The translations under genes and the position numbers were made by a program. From Octopus sinensis (lineage: Eukaryota), in NCBI RefSeq assembly GCF_006345805.1, contig NC_042999.1:100316001-100380000 (forward strand): a stretch of 64,000 nt of DNA. The letters are read 5' to 3'. The notes below the pieces were generated by a model that searched no databases, had not been told where the DNA came from, and saw only the letters and a program-made list of their open reading frames with translations. Positions 53,248-64,000 of this stretch are shown here, in pieces. The first letter of the stretch is position 1; each line of letters begins with the position of its first letter.

Positions 53248-54471
53248 ACAGACAGACAGACAGACAGACAGATAGATAGATAGATAGATAGATAGATAAA
53301 GCTCTTTTCTAGTATTTTAAATTCTCATATAAAATATATCTACAAATATACTTCGGATACGGGAAATGCAGATGTGCTTCATGAGGACACAGTTTTGATT
53401 ATAACCCTATCAACATACTCTGATTATATAAGAGAATAGGAGGAGACACGTGGGATGGAGAGTATCTGAAGAGGTCACAGGGTCTGTGACGAAAAATTCC
53501 GAAACACAGGACATAAAATAAGAACAATAATAAATCTGGAGTGAAGGACGAACATATAGTGTGTGGGTTTATTTGGAAAAAAATGACCGTGTCTAAAGAA
53601 AGAACGAAAGAAAGATGTGTTTTGATAGGCAATCGTTGTATATAAAATGTATATATAAGCATATATGGATGCTTGCCCTGTTTTGTTGTTTCATTCATAA
53701 TGAAGAGAAGAGAAGAGAAATAATTATCTCTAATACATTGCTGTGTGTCTTGATATCTTCAGATTGAGAAACATTGCACTATATAATAGTGTTGGTCAAG
53801 CGGCCAATGTTGTCACGACACAGCTGAGTGAAATATCCAGTATTAGAGTATATTTCTTGAGTAAATGAAAGCCATATGAGGTGAGGCAGACATAGTAGCA
53901 ATAATGTTCTTTTAACTGGCATCATTTAAAAGAAAACCTATTTTGAACTATATGTACTGTGTCTTTTTCCTTATTTCTTTTTCTCTTTTTGTTTTTCTTT
54001 TTTTTTTTTGAGACAGCAGGGTGTGGCTTCAGGAAAATTTGGTTGCTATTTCTAATCGGCCTAGTGATTACATACCGGGTGACACGACCTACGAGAAATA
54101 GCAGCTTATCTCATTCTACCGATTGCTACTGGATTTCTTAAGTATATAAACAGTTGGCTGCTTGTTTCTCTGAGATTGGTCAAATGGATGTAAATACCTC
54201 TGATTAGAATCCAGTAAGGTTCGAAAATCGATTTAAGTTGTAATCGTTTTTTCAATCTACGGATAAATAGCTAAAATTGTCCTGTTTATATGTCTTTCAT
54301 ATAGGCTACATGTTTTTTTTTTAAATGAGTTACCCGCGACTGGAACGCTTTTCTTCTATATGTCGACTTGAACAGGACGCAGCTAGGACTAAACAACAAC
54401 GATGTCCGGGGAGAAAGCATCTCTCATATAGAAGGAATTGCTCTTAATCAATCTTGTTATATGTAAGGATA

Positions 54472-54512
<41 letters not shown>

Positions 54513-54745
54513 TCAGCCATTGGACTATACCGCTATGCCGAGGCGCTACTTTGAAGGCTTGAGTCAAATAAACCATCCTCGGTACATATTTTTGAAGTCT
54601 GGTACTTATTTTATCGATCTCTTTTGCGGGGACGTAAACAAACCAATATACATACATATATATGTATGCATGTATTTATGTATTTACATGCACACACATA
54701 CATACACGTAAATGCAAATATATATGCATACATATGTATATATAC

Positions 54746-54781
<36 letters not shown>

Positions 54782-55989
54782 CTACATACTTATGTACATA
54801 CACGTAAATGCAAATACATATATATGCATACATATGTATATATACACATATATGCACACACACACACATACACATCTACATACTTATGTATATATACATA
54901 TTTGCACACTCACACTTTTGAGTGTAGGCACAGAAAGTGTCTATGATACATATAGTATGTATCAAAATAGAGAAACGGTGGCGAAGCAGGGATACCGAAA
55001 TATGCAAACAGGGATGTGTAGGCGACAAAAAAGATAAATGAATTGACTGTGTGTGCGCGCGAGTGAATGTGTGAGAGAGTGTGTATCTGTGGAATGCTAA
55101 AACCCTTGGCGATTATGGTGCAAGGGAGATAACTTCGGAACGACTTTTATTTTAATAACCATACAAATTTATCACTGCCGCACTTTGGATCAGTTTCTTT
55201 TTAGCCATATAAATAGATGAATGGCCTTTAATAATGTGTGGACGCAACGATTTCCTATTTTGTGGGCATCAATAAGCCAGAAGAGAGGATAAAATATCAC
55301 GCACTTAAGTGATATATATATCATTAATCCACAAACCTATCATCAAAGGTTTTCTAGCTGTGACTCATCCTCATTTTACAAATCAGTGACATTTGCCTTG
55401 TGTATCTTGCTATTTAAGGGAAATTTAGCTGCTATTTTTAGCAATTCCAGCAACAAAATAGGCTTCCTCTTTAATTCAGACTATAGTACATTAGATTTTA
55501 GCTTTGTCTAATTTTATTTTCTTTCGTCTATTTTCAGGATTTAAAAACCCTATATGGATTTACTTAGCCTCAGATGGTATGAGTAGATAATATGGGTAGC
55601 TGTTGTCTTTCTTTCGGTCTACCAGTTAGGGTATACCTATGGCAAGAGGAATTTCTAAACTTAAACATCGTGTTTATTTTGGCATATCTTAGTTTTAAGA
55701 AAGTCGTTCTTTTAAAGATAAGACTGTCAGCATTTTGTTGTTTCTTAATAATGTTAATCATAAAATTTCAACCCACTAAGTATAACTTCATTTTGGCATT
55801 GCTCCTTTGGTGTTGTCATTGAAAGGGATCGAAATCTTAACTAATCATTTCTACAACAGAAACTAAAAAGTTTCATTGTTTATTTTCATTGTTACAAACT
55901 TTAGAAAAGATACATTTAATTGATACGTACGCTTAGATGGCTCATTATTACTTTTAATTTATATAAAAAAAAAAAAGAAAGATTCTAAC

Positions 55990-56535
55990 GCTTACAATTT
56001 GCAAGTGCTTGAGTAACTTATTTCTTTATTGCCCACAAGGGGCTAAACATTGAGGAGACAAACAAGGACAGACAAACGGATTAAGTCGATTACATCGACC
56101 CCAGTGCGTAACTGGTACTTAATATATCGACCCCCGAAAGGATGAAAGGCAAAGTCGACTTCGGCGGAATTTGAACTCAGAACGTAACGGCAGACGAAAT
56201 ACCTATTTCTTTACTACCCACAAGGGGCTAAACACAGAGGGGACAAACAAGGACAGACAAACGGATTAAGTCAATTACATCGACCCCAGTGCGTAACTAA
56301 TACTTAATTTATCGACTCCGAAAGGATGAAAGGCAAAGTCGACCTCGGCGGAATTTGAACTCAGAACATAACGGCATTTGGCCCGGCGTGCTAACGGTTC
56401 TGCCAGCTCGCCGCCTTCTAAAAGATGAAAGGCAAAGTCGACCTCGGCGGAATTTGAACTCAGAACGTAGCGATGGGCGAAATACCGCAAAGCATTTGGC
56501 CCGGTGTGCTAATGTTTCTGCCAGCTCACCGCCTT
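55990..56535 (-). mobile_element. Three stacked/overlapping family 1 SINE copies
   Basis: gaaaggcaaagtcgac(c/t)tcggcggaatttgaactcagaac repeated three times. Confidence 0.85.
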
Positions 56536-57451
56536 TAAGTGCCTGTGTAACTTGCAACTACTTTGTCGGGTTTTCAAATATTTACTGTAGAAATCCGTGT
56601 TAGTAAGTGTTAAAATAAAAATTTCTGATCTTCGACACAAGGTCAGAAATTAGCGAAAGTGAGGCGTGTGACAGTCGATTTAAATCGATACTAATAATTT
56701 AATATCGATTTATTTTATTTTAACGGCCACGATGATATTTATTTTGAAAGTTGTGTCTAACCCCAGCATAACTAACTAGTGTGAGGCCAACTTTGAGTAA
56801 ATACTTAATATCACTTTACATCCGGAGCAAAATAGTTAGTACAAATTACAACCATTGCCTTATTTCTCACTAATTAATGCACGACATTATTTTGCTAATG
56901 GGTAAGTAATTTCACCCCCACACACCCCCCAAAAAAAACTATGTAGAAAAAGTGTATATGCCAACCGATTTATATTAGCTTCATCGGAAATTTTCATTTA
57001 CTTTGGTGACTCAGAACAGCAGCTGTATCTACGATGTGTAAGTCTTGATAGTTGCAGTTTTAAGAACATTTTTCTAATGAGTTGCAAAGAATAAAAATTT
57101 GGAAAATTCCACGAATAGTACAAAAAAATTATTTCGCAAATAAACTGAAAGATATTTTAATTCACTTAGAAAACATTTAAGTATTACATAGTAACACTTA
57201 GAAACCATTATTTTTGTTACATTAATAACAATATGAATTCATGAATAAATCTGCATAAATGGAAACAAGGTTTCCAATGTGAGAAGATAAACAACAGTCC
57301 TGATTGTTTTGATTGCTACATCTGTATAGAACTAAGGTCTGCTTGGATAAGAGACTCGGCGGCCCTTTAAAAACACCCTACATGAAAATATATCATAAAC
57401 TCAAAAATATTGACCAAGATGACTACGAAAACCTTCTGTTATATTTTGAAA

Positions 57452-57683
57452 GGCGGCGAGCTGGCAGAAACGTTAAGCACGCCGGGCGAAATGCGTTGCC
57501 GTATTTCGTCTGCCGTTACGTTCCGAGTTCAAATTCCGCCGAGGTCGACTTTGCCTTTCATCCTTCCGGGGTCGATAAATTAAGTACCAGTTGCGCACTG
57601 GGGTCGATGTAATCGACTTAATCCGTTTGTATGTCCTTGTTTGTCTCCTCTGTGTTTAGCCCCTTGTGGGTAGTAAAGAAATA
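57452..57683 (+). mobile_element. Full-length young tRNA-derived SINE (family 1) with 12-bp TSD
   Basis: GGCGGCGAGCTGGCAGAA head, GAGTTCAAATTCC B box; TATATTTTGAAA at 57440-57451 and 57684-57695. Confidence 0.9.
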
Positions 57684-58983
57684 TATATTTTGAAATATAT
57701 TTATGGAACACTCGTTGAGCCAAGCTGCTGATTCTGCAAAGTGGTTTCCATCTTTCGTTTTACCATTATTGTAATTAAAGCTGATGTAAACATTATCATT
57801 TGAAAATTTTCATTTGAAAATTTTTAAGCTTATAGTCTAAAAAAAAAAAATGCGAAATACTTTTGAAACTTCAGTTTTTATAAAATTTTGTTTTAAGCCC
57901 CGAAAATGCGGCAGTGAATATGGACCGAGTCACTTTGTATGCAACTTACATCTCATTTAGTACTAATCTTCTCAAAAATGCCACATCTATAACAGTTCTT
58001 GGGAAAACCTCACTGAAGTTATTATTATCCCAAAAAGAAAAGAAACGATGGGCAGGATAGCGGCATCAGAAGAAAAAAAACAGCAAATGCTAACATAGAA
58101 ATTCTACGTATAGATCGTACGCAAAATATGACTGGTTTTGCCTGGAAACGAAAATAACTGGACTAAAAACAGTGGGAAACAAAACATTGACTGGAAAAAC
58201 GGACCAGAACTAATAATTTCTATTCAATCATTTTTAGCAGATTCACATTTGAATTCTTAATCCCTGGGGTTCGTTAGACACATTAACAAGTGTTTCAGAT
58301 ACATAATAAAACGGCAAAAGGTGTCAACAAAATTTTATCGTAAGCAGAACAATAACGCCATGTAAGACTTACCTAAAATTTATTTTGTGATTCTAAAGAC
58401 TTGTTTACATTTTAACAAAGATTTAGTTAGAAATTCCGTTTTTTTTTTTTTTGGTATTTTTTTTTGGTTTTTTGTGGGGTTGTCTTTTGTCATAATCTTT
58501 TGAGAGAGAAAAAAAATCTTCAACATACGCACTGCAAAATTCAATTGTCTAAGGATTTTTCCCTTTCTCTTTTTTACTCAGAAAAAAACTGTATATATTG
58601 GGTAAGAAAATACAGAAACGCTAAATTTCATGAATAATAATGTATTCTGGTTAAAACCGAAATATTTTATTACAGAAAAGAAAACGGGTTTCATGTTGAA
58701 CCGGGGTTGTGGAGGGTGAGAGTCTCAATAACGATATAAATCTGAAACTCCCATAAGTTTCAAGGCTTCAGTGAATGATGTACACAAAATATGAGGCGTC
58801 CTTGTTTATTTCGGCGTCTTAGTGGTATATATTTTAAGTCTACGGCAAAAATTCCGGTTCAGTATATTCTGCATGCGAACTTTATAGTTATCCATGTCCT
58901 GATACACACACGAAATTAATTCGTTAATTACAATTTATTACCATCTAAACAATGTACCTTTAGAACGATAAAAGCCTCATCTT

Positions 58984-59684
58984 TCAAACCCTTGTGATTT
59001 CCAAAACAACTTTACGTAAAGGAGATTTCATATCCCACAGATTATAGTAAAGAGTGTCCCAATAAATTCCTCTTTTGTAATCAGACGATGAGATAGAGCC
59101 ACCCGGGATTATTTCACCGTTCAAATTAGAACAACCACAGTCGGTAAACCACCAACCACCGCTGCGTCTCTTGGCACACAGAGTCGATACACCATAATCA
59201 GTAGTCGAGAAGGTTTGATTATAATTAGCGGTTTCATTGCATCTGCTAGTAGATCGAAAACTATCTCCACCGTTACTTTCTTTCGGGAGATACTTCCCTA
59301 AGATTAACGGATATGAAAGATTTTTGTGGCCAATTTGGAAACTTTCATACAGAGAATATGCTTTGCCATTTTTTATCCCGAAACCTTCCATAGTAATTCG
59401 CAGCTTATATTTATGCATAATTGTCAGGGCATGTATAATATCGTTGCCAAGCCAATAATCCGCTTTACCTTTTCCAAAACCTTTAGCATACTCATCCCAA
59501 GTTCTATTAAAAATATTTTCGCCATGAACCCGGCGAGAAATAGTTGTCCAAGATTCATCGTTAGTAAAATTACAATACACTTTCTTTCGTGGACAGCCAG
59601 GCACTTCGATAATATAAACTCCACTTTCCAGATCTGGTTCTTTGGATGTTTCTTTCACATCTTGACAATCATATGGTACTTCCT
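58984..59684 (-). CDS. Terminal coding exon encoding an entire fibrinogen C-terminal domain (FReD; fibrinogen-related/ficolin/angiopoietin-like lectin); upstream exon(s) not found in the window
   Basis: Intact frame of about 233 codons with FReD motifs in order: DCQDV, SGVYII, VYC, WTTISRR, FNRTWDEYAKGFG, YWLGNDIIHALT, GDSF, FST, GGWWFTDCGCSNLNG, GIYW. Minus-strand acceptor ttttctttgtcttttgtttttag|AG GAA (exon starts 59684, phase 1). AATAAA at 58939-58934 and 58810-58805 downstream of the stop. Confidence 0.93.
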
Positions 59685-59839
59685 CTAAAAACAAAAGACA
59701 AAGAAAACAACTCTTTTAAAATAGAAATGATACACAAAGATTTAGAATTGATGCGTTAGTAAATATTCTATTTCATGTCAATCTTAAAGACTTTGTATAG
59801 GTATTTGAGAATTAAAAATTAATAGCTTATCGTCCAGTG

Positions 59840-59941
59840 CAGTAGTTCCCAGCAGCATTTTTACAGTGATCCCAACAGTGTTTCCCAACACTTATCTAAA
59901 GGAGTTTTCCCAGGGGCCCCTTTTAATGTACTTATCCTTAC

Positions 59942-59982
<41 letters not shown>

Positions 59983-60061
59983 TTTGAATTTAGTTCACGG
60001 ACCTCCAGTACTACCTTTGCAGAACACCAGGGGCCCGCGGATCCCAGGTTGGGAACCACTG
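59840..60061. mobile_element. hAT (Charlie-like) MITE with internal (TA)n
   Basis: Ends CAGTAGTTCCCAGC and GTTGGGAACCACTG; flanks GTCCAGTG / GTCTAGTC (6 of 8, Charlie-type TSD). Confidence 0.7.
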
Positions 60062-60130
60062 GTCTAGTCTGTAGTTGAGGGAGCACTTTAGACTCAGACG
60101 TCATGTAGTAGTTCAAAGGTTTAACTAAAT

Positions 60131-62560
60131 CATTGGTTCTTAAACTGGGGACCGCAAAGCGATTTTGCAGGGACCGCGAAGGTATCGGAATTTTTTTTCT
60201 GCAATTGAGTGGCAAATCGCCAACAATTTTAGAAATTTTTTACACCAAAAAATAATCATATGTTCATAGTGGGTATTTGTATGCATACGTAATTCTCATG
60301 TGCATTGCTGTAGAATATAGTATTCTGGTAGCTTGGCAATACCCGTCTTGACATGCACGGTATGGTCACACTCGCGGGTACTCGCATGCGTATGCAGCGC
60401 ACTGTATCGCCGTTATGCTAGCAATTTTGGTCTCAAGTGAGTGGTCTGTGATTATGGATGCAGTTTTAAAACACTTTTTATTCACAGTGCAACTTGATTA
60501 AGCAGACTTTCCTTTTTGCAACTGGTCTTGTACGCACGTGTGATTTCATCAACTTTAATTGGTCTCAGACGATTTACCGTTACAGAGAAATTCATCATCT
60601 TTGTAATCTAATGTAAGTTTACATACTGTTTTACGTTATCGTGCGTTAGGGTTATGATTACTCGATCTTGATTCATTTTCAAAGTAAAATAAAGCTATCA
60701 TGTCGAATAATTTTGCCAAATCGAATGTGAAGATGTAGTTTATCAATTACCATTAGTTGCACGGTTGACACCATGTGAATTTCCGCTTTTTAGAATGAAT
60801 CCAAGAAAGAAAATGAAATTCGACATATCCTTCTTGAAATTTGGCTTTACTGTTATAATTTAAAATGGGGAAGAAAGACCGCAGCACGTTCTGTGTTCCG
60901 CGGTTTTGGCATCATCTCTCAAACCTAACAAGTTAAAACCTCACTTGGAAATAAAACACCCAGGCTTTGTTAACAAAAAGGAGGATTTTTTCAGACAAAA
61001 AGCTGATGCTCTGATACGCTCTAGACTTGATGACACGGGAGGTTTTACTTTTGATATTGCTTCTGGTCTCAAAACTTCCTACGAAATTTCGAAAAAGTCG
61101 CTACCACAAAAAAGCCACACAACTTTGGAGAGCAACTAATCTTGCCTTGTTGCAGAATGATTATTTCAAATGTTTTTGGCCAATGCGAGCTTTCAAAACT
61201 GAAACATATATCCCTTTCAAATGACACCGTCAATAGACGAATAGCCGAATTATCTAAAAATATCCTTTCCCAAGTGGTGGCAAAAATAAACAATTCCACG
61301 TTCAACTTTTTTTCTATGGAACTTGATGAATCTACGGATATCGCTAATATGGCTCAACGGTGCGTCTTTGTACAGTATAAGAGTATGGAAAACGATTTTA
61401 TTTTTTGCGAATTTCTCCACTCTAAAACGACAGCAAAAGACATTTTCGTTAAAGTTGACAACTTCTTTCGTGCACATGACATCAGTTGGGAGCACTGTAT
61501 CGGTGTCTGCCTTGACGGTGCTCCAGTTATGCTAGGTTGCCGCTCGGGTTTTCGAACACCTGTCAAACACAAAGCCCCGAAAGTTCATGGGACACATTGT
61601 ACAATTCACCGACAAGCTCTTATGGCTAAGACTTTTACCAGATACACTTTAAAATGTTCTGAATGACGTTATTGCTATAGTCAACTTCATCAAAGCTGGG
61701 GCACTAAATTCTTGTCTCTTCGCAGATTTATGCCGAGAAAATGATGCCGATTTCGAAAATCTTCTGTTGCAGTCTCGCGTCCGATGGTTATCTAAAGAGA
61801 AAGTACTGATGCGAGTTTTTTTTTTTTTTTTTTTTTTTTTTGCTTCGAAATGAAAAAAGGGAATTTATTCGGGACTCGAAGCCTTATTTGCGAGCTAAAT
61901 TTTGTGACGCCCGATTTCTTATATGTCTGGCATTTTTGGTGGATATATTCGACTCTTTCAACACTCTTAACGCTGCAAGGAAATGGCGTGACAGTACTTC
62001 ACTGTCTTGAAAAAATATCTGCTTTTAAAATGAAACTGGAACTATGGGCTTCAAAATTGCAGAGGAAACACTTTGCACCTTTTCTTCAGCTTAATAAATT
62101 CATTGATGAAAACGAGTTTCTCGTCGATGATGATATGGTTGAGGTGATGCGAAACCATATTTGCATTCTTAGGGAAGAATTATCCCAATAGTTTCCCAAT
62201 TTGCAAAGGTTTGAGCAACTTTACTGCTTCATGAACAATCCATTTTCCGTATCTCTTGCTGATCTCCCTTCCAAGGGCATAACTGTGCAGGAGCAGTTCA
62301 TAGAATTGTTGAATAACGGAACTGCAAAACAGATTTTTCGTGAAACGAATTGTTGTGACTTTTGGATTCAGATAGCACGGCTTTATCCAGATATTTCAAA
62401 GATAGCACTGAAATTTCTGGTTCCCTTCACAAACACTTATGAGTGCGAGTTGGAGTTTTCGCTTCTTCAATCGATCAAAGGCAAACAACGAAGGCGATAT
62501 AATCAACTGTTCTTTACAAGAAGTTGCTCTGTGATGGCAACAGTAATCTCTTAAATATCA
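60131..62560 (+). mobile_element. Decayed hAT transposon of the Buster/Charlie (ZBED8/SCAND3/FAM200-like) type; right end not found
   Basis: Left TIR CATTGGTTCTTAAACT at 60131 preceded by aacTAaat. Frameshifted transposase: FLKFGFT...GEERPQ..LC..SLKPNKLKPHLEIKHP (BED finger), LSNDTVNRRI, LDESTD, CLDGAPVMLG, THCTIHRQAL, VRWLS, PFTNTYECELEFS. Confidence 0.92.
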
Positions 62561-63818
62561 ATACAGCAGAGAGTCTACCATTCAATATGAGTTTATGTAA
62601 ATATGCATATAATATGGTGGTGGTCGTAGTTGTAGCCGACCACAATCGTTCATTGATATGGATTCAGTTATTCAATCAAATGAACAACTAGATCCTTATT
62701 AACCTGTGATTGAGCATGTCGAAAATAAGTACACACATCACGTAAAAGCAGAATTAGTGTAGCACAGTGTTTGTGACAAAGTTGTACCTTTTGAATCACT
62801 GTGAAATCCGACAGATTTCTATACAGTATCTGCCTATACAATTTCACTCACATAGTATAGATCAACTTGAGGTTGCAGAAAATTACATTTAGCCAATCTA
62901 CCACACAATGGAATCGAACCCAGGAATTCGGAGTTGCGAGGCAAACATTCTTAATCATTTGGTTATGATGCACCTTGACGTATAGACTAAACGTACTGTA
63001 AGACAGAGCAATAAGGTCGTAGAACAAACGCTTTATTGTATTTGTTCCGCCTCAATACATTCTGAATTCAAATCCAACTGATATCAACGTTGCCTTTTAT
63101 TATTCCAGGGTCGATAAAATGAAGTATCACATAATCGACTGTGTCTTCCCTACCTCACTGTCAAAAAGCATCTCACTTTCTGCCTATCATTACTACTGCT
63201 GGGTTGTTTTTGTATTCCGTGGTGGCATTTCAGTTAGTAAAAATAAACGTTGTTGCACGAATATGATAGTCTCAGGTGAACTAAATAGCAGCCAAATCTC
63301 ATACAAATATACATACACTACGAAGTCCTATATACATTAAATGAGGAAAGAGAGAAAGGATTATTCCGGTTTGACTCCACTCAATTAGGACAGGACCGAT
63401 GTTAAATATAAGCTCGAGGCAACAAACGAGGCTTTACATGGTCATTCGATATACAAGAAAGAGCTGATAATTTTCCCTCAAACCACATCCCGCCGTCTTG
63501 AAAAGGAAAGGTTACACTCGATGCAGCGTGGCTTTTAAAGAAGACAGAATGATTACGGCCGGGGCGTATTTAATCATAGATGAAGATTGGCCTTGAGCTA
63601 AACAACAACCGAATAACTTTAGCATATGGTTTTACAATTCTTATTTCAAAATTTATTGAAGGTTAATTTTGCTTTCCATCCAAGTGCAGTGTCCTTTAAA
63701 CAGGTAGCAGGCACCAGTATTATTGACCATCTGTTCTGACTATCTGGTCCATATGCATGGATCAATTCGTTTTGTAAATAGTACCGCTAATTGACAATGC
63801 AGAAGCAATAGTATCGTT

Positions 63819-64000
63819 GGCGTAGGAGTGGCTGTGTGGTAAGTAGCTTACTAACAAACCACATGGTTCCGGGTTCAGTTCGACTGCGTGGCATCTTGGG
63901 CAAGTGTCTTCTGCTATAGCCCCGGGCCGACCAATGCCTTGTGAGTGGATTTGGTAGACGGAAACTGAAAGAAGCCTGTCGTATATATGTATATATATAT
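63819..64000 (+). mobile_element. Family 2 SINE, 5' part (runs off the window)
   Basis: ggcgtaggagtggctgtgtggtaag...ggttccgggttcag...gtgagtggatttggtagacggaaactgaaagaagcc. Confidence 0.88.

Noticed and set aside
57313-57612. 99-aa ORF
   Set aside because: Chimera of flank and SINE; the frame closes a few codons after the SINE is removed.
62560-64000. Upstream signal-peptide exon of the FReD gene
   Set aside because: No phase-1 donor with a plausible leader; the region is mostly SINE remnants.

Overview
AT-rich, microsatellite-saturated animal DNA; the SINE, LINE and transposon families resemble those I know from coleoid cephalopods (Octopus), an inferred assignment. One convincing host coding exon is present: a whole fibrinogen C-terminal (FReD) domain on the minus strand (59684-58984). 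Its upstream intron holds a hAT MITE and a decayed Buster/Charlie-type hAT. A plus-strand two-exon candidate pseudogene of a secreted protein lies at 49760-51267. The rest is repeats: tRNA-derived SINEs, RTE, CR1, L1/Tx1 and RLE-type LINE relics, Tc1/mariner relics and a decayed Gypsy pol. The main discovery is a 12-kb cluster (30.5-42.2 kb) with three different families of small type I hammerhead ribozymes. Two sit in inverted pseudo-LTRs of Penelope-like (GIY-YIG) elements, and one of these has a compensatory U3-A8 core. The third is in the 3' part of an element with a tRNA-derived head, suggesting a Penelope-dependent SINE/retrozyme hybrid. Each family has its own palindromic stem III. All folds and translations were done by eye; repeat boundaries are approximate.
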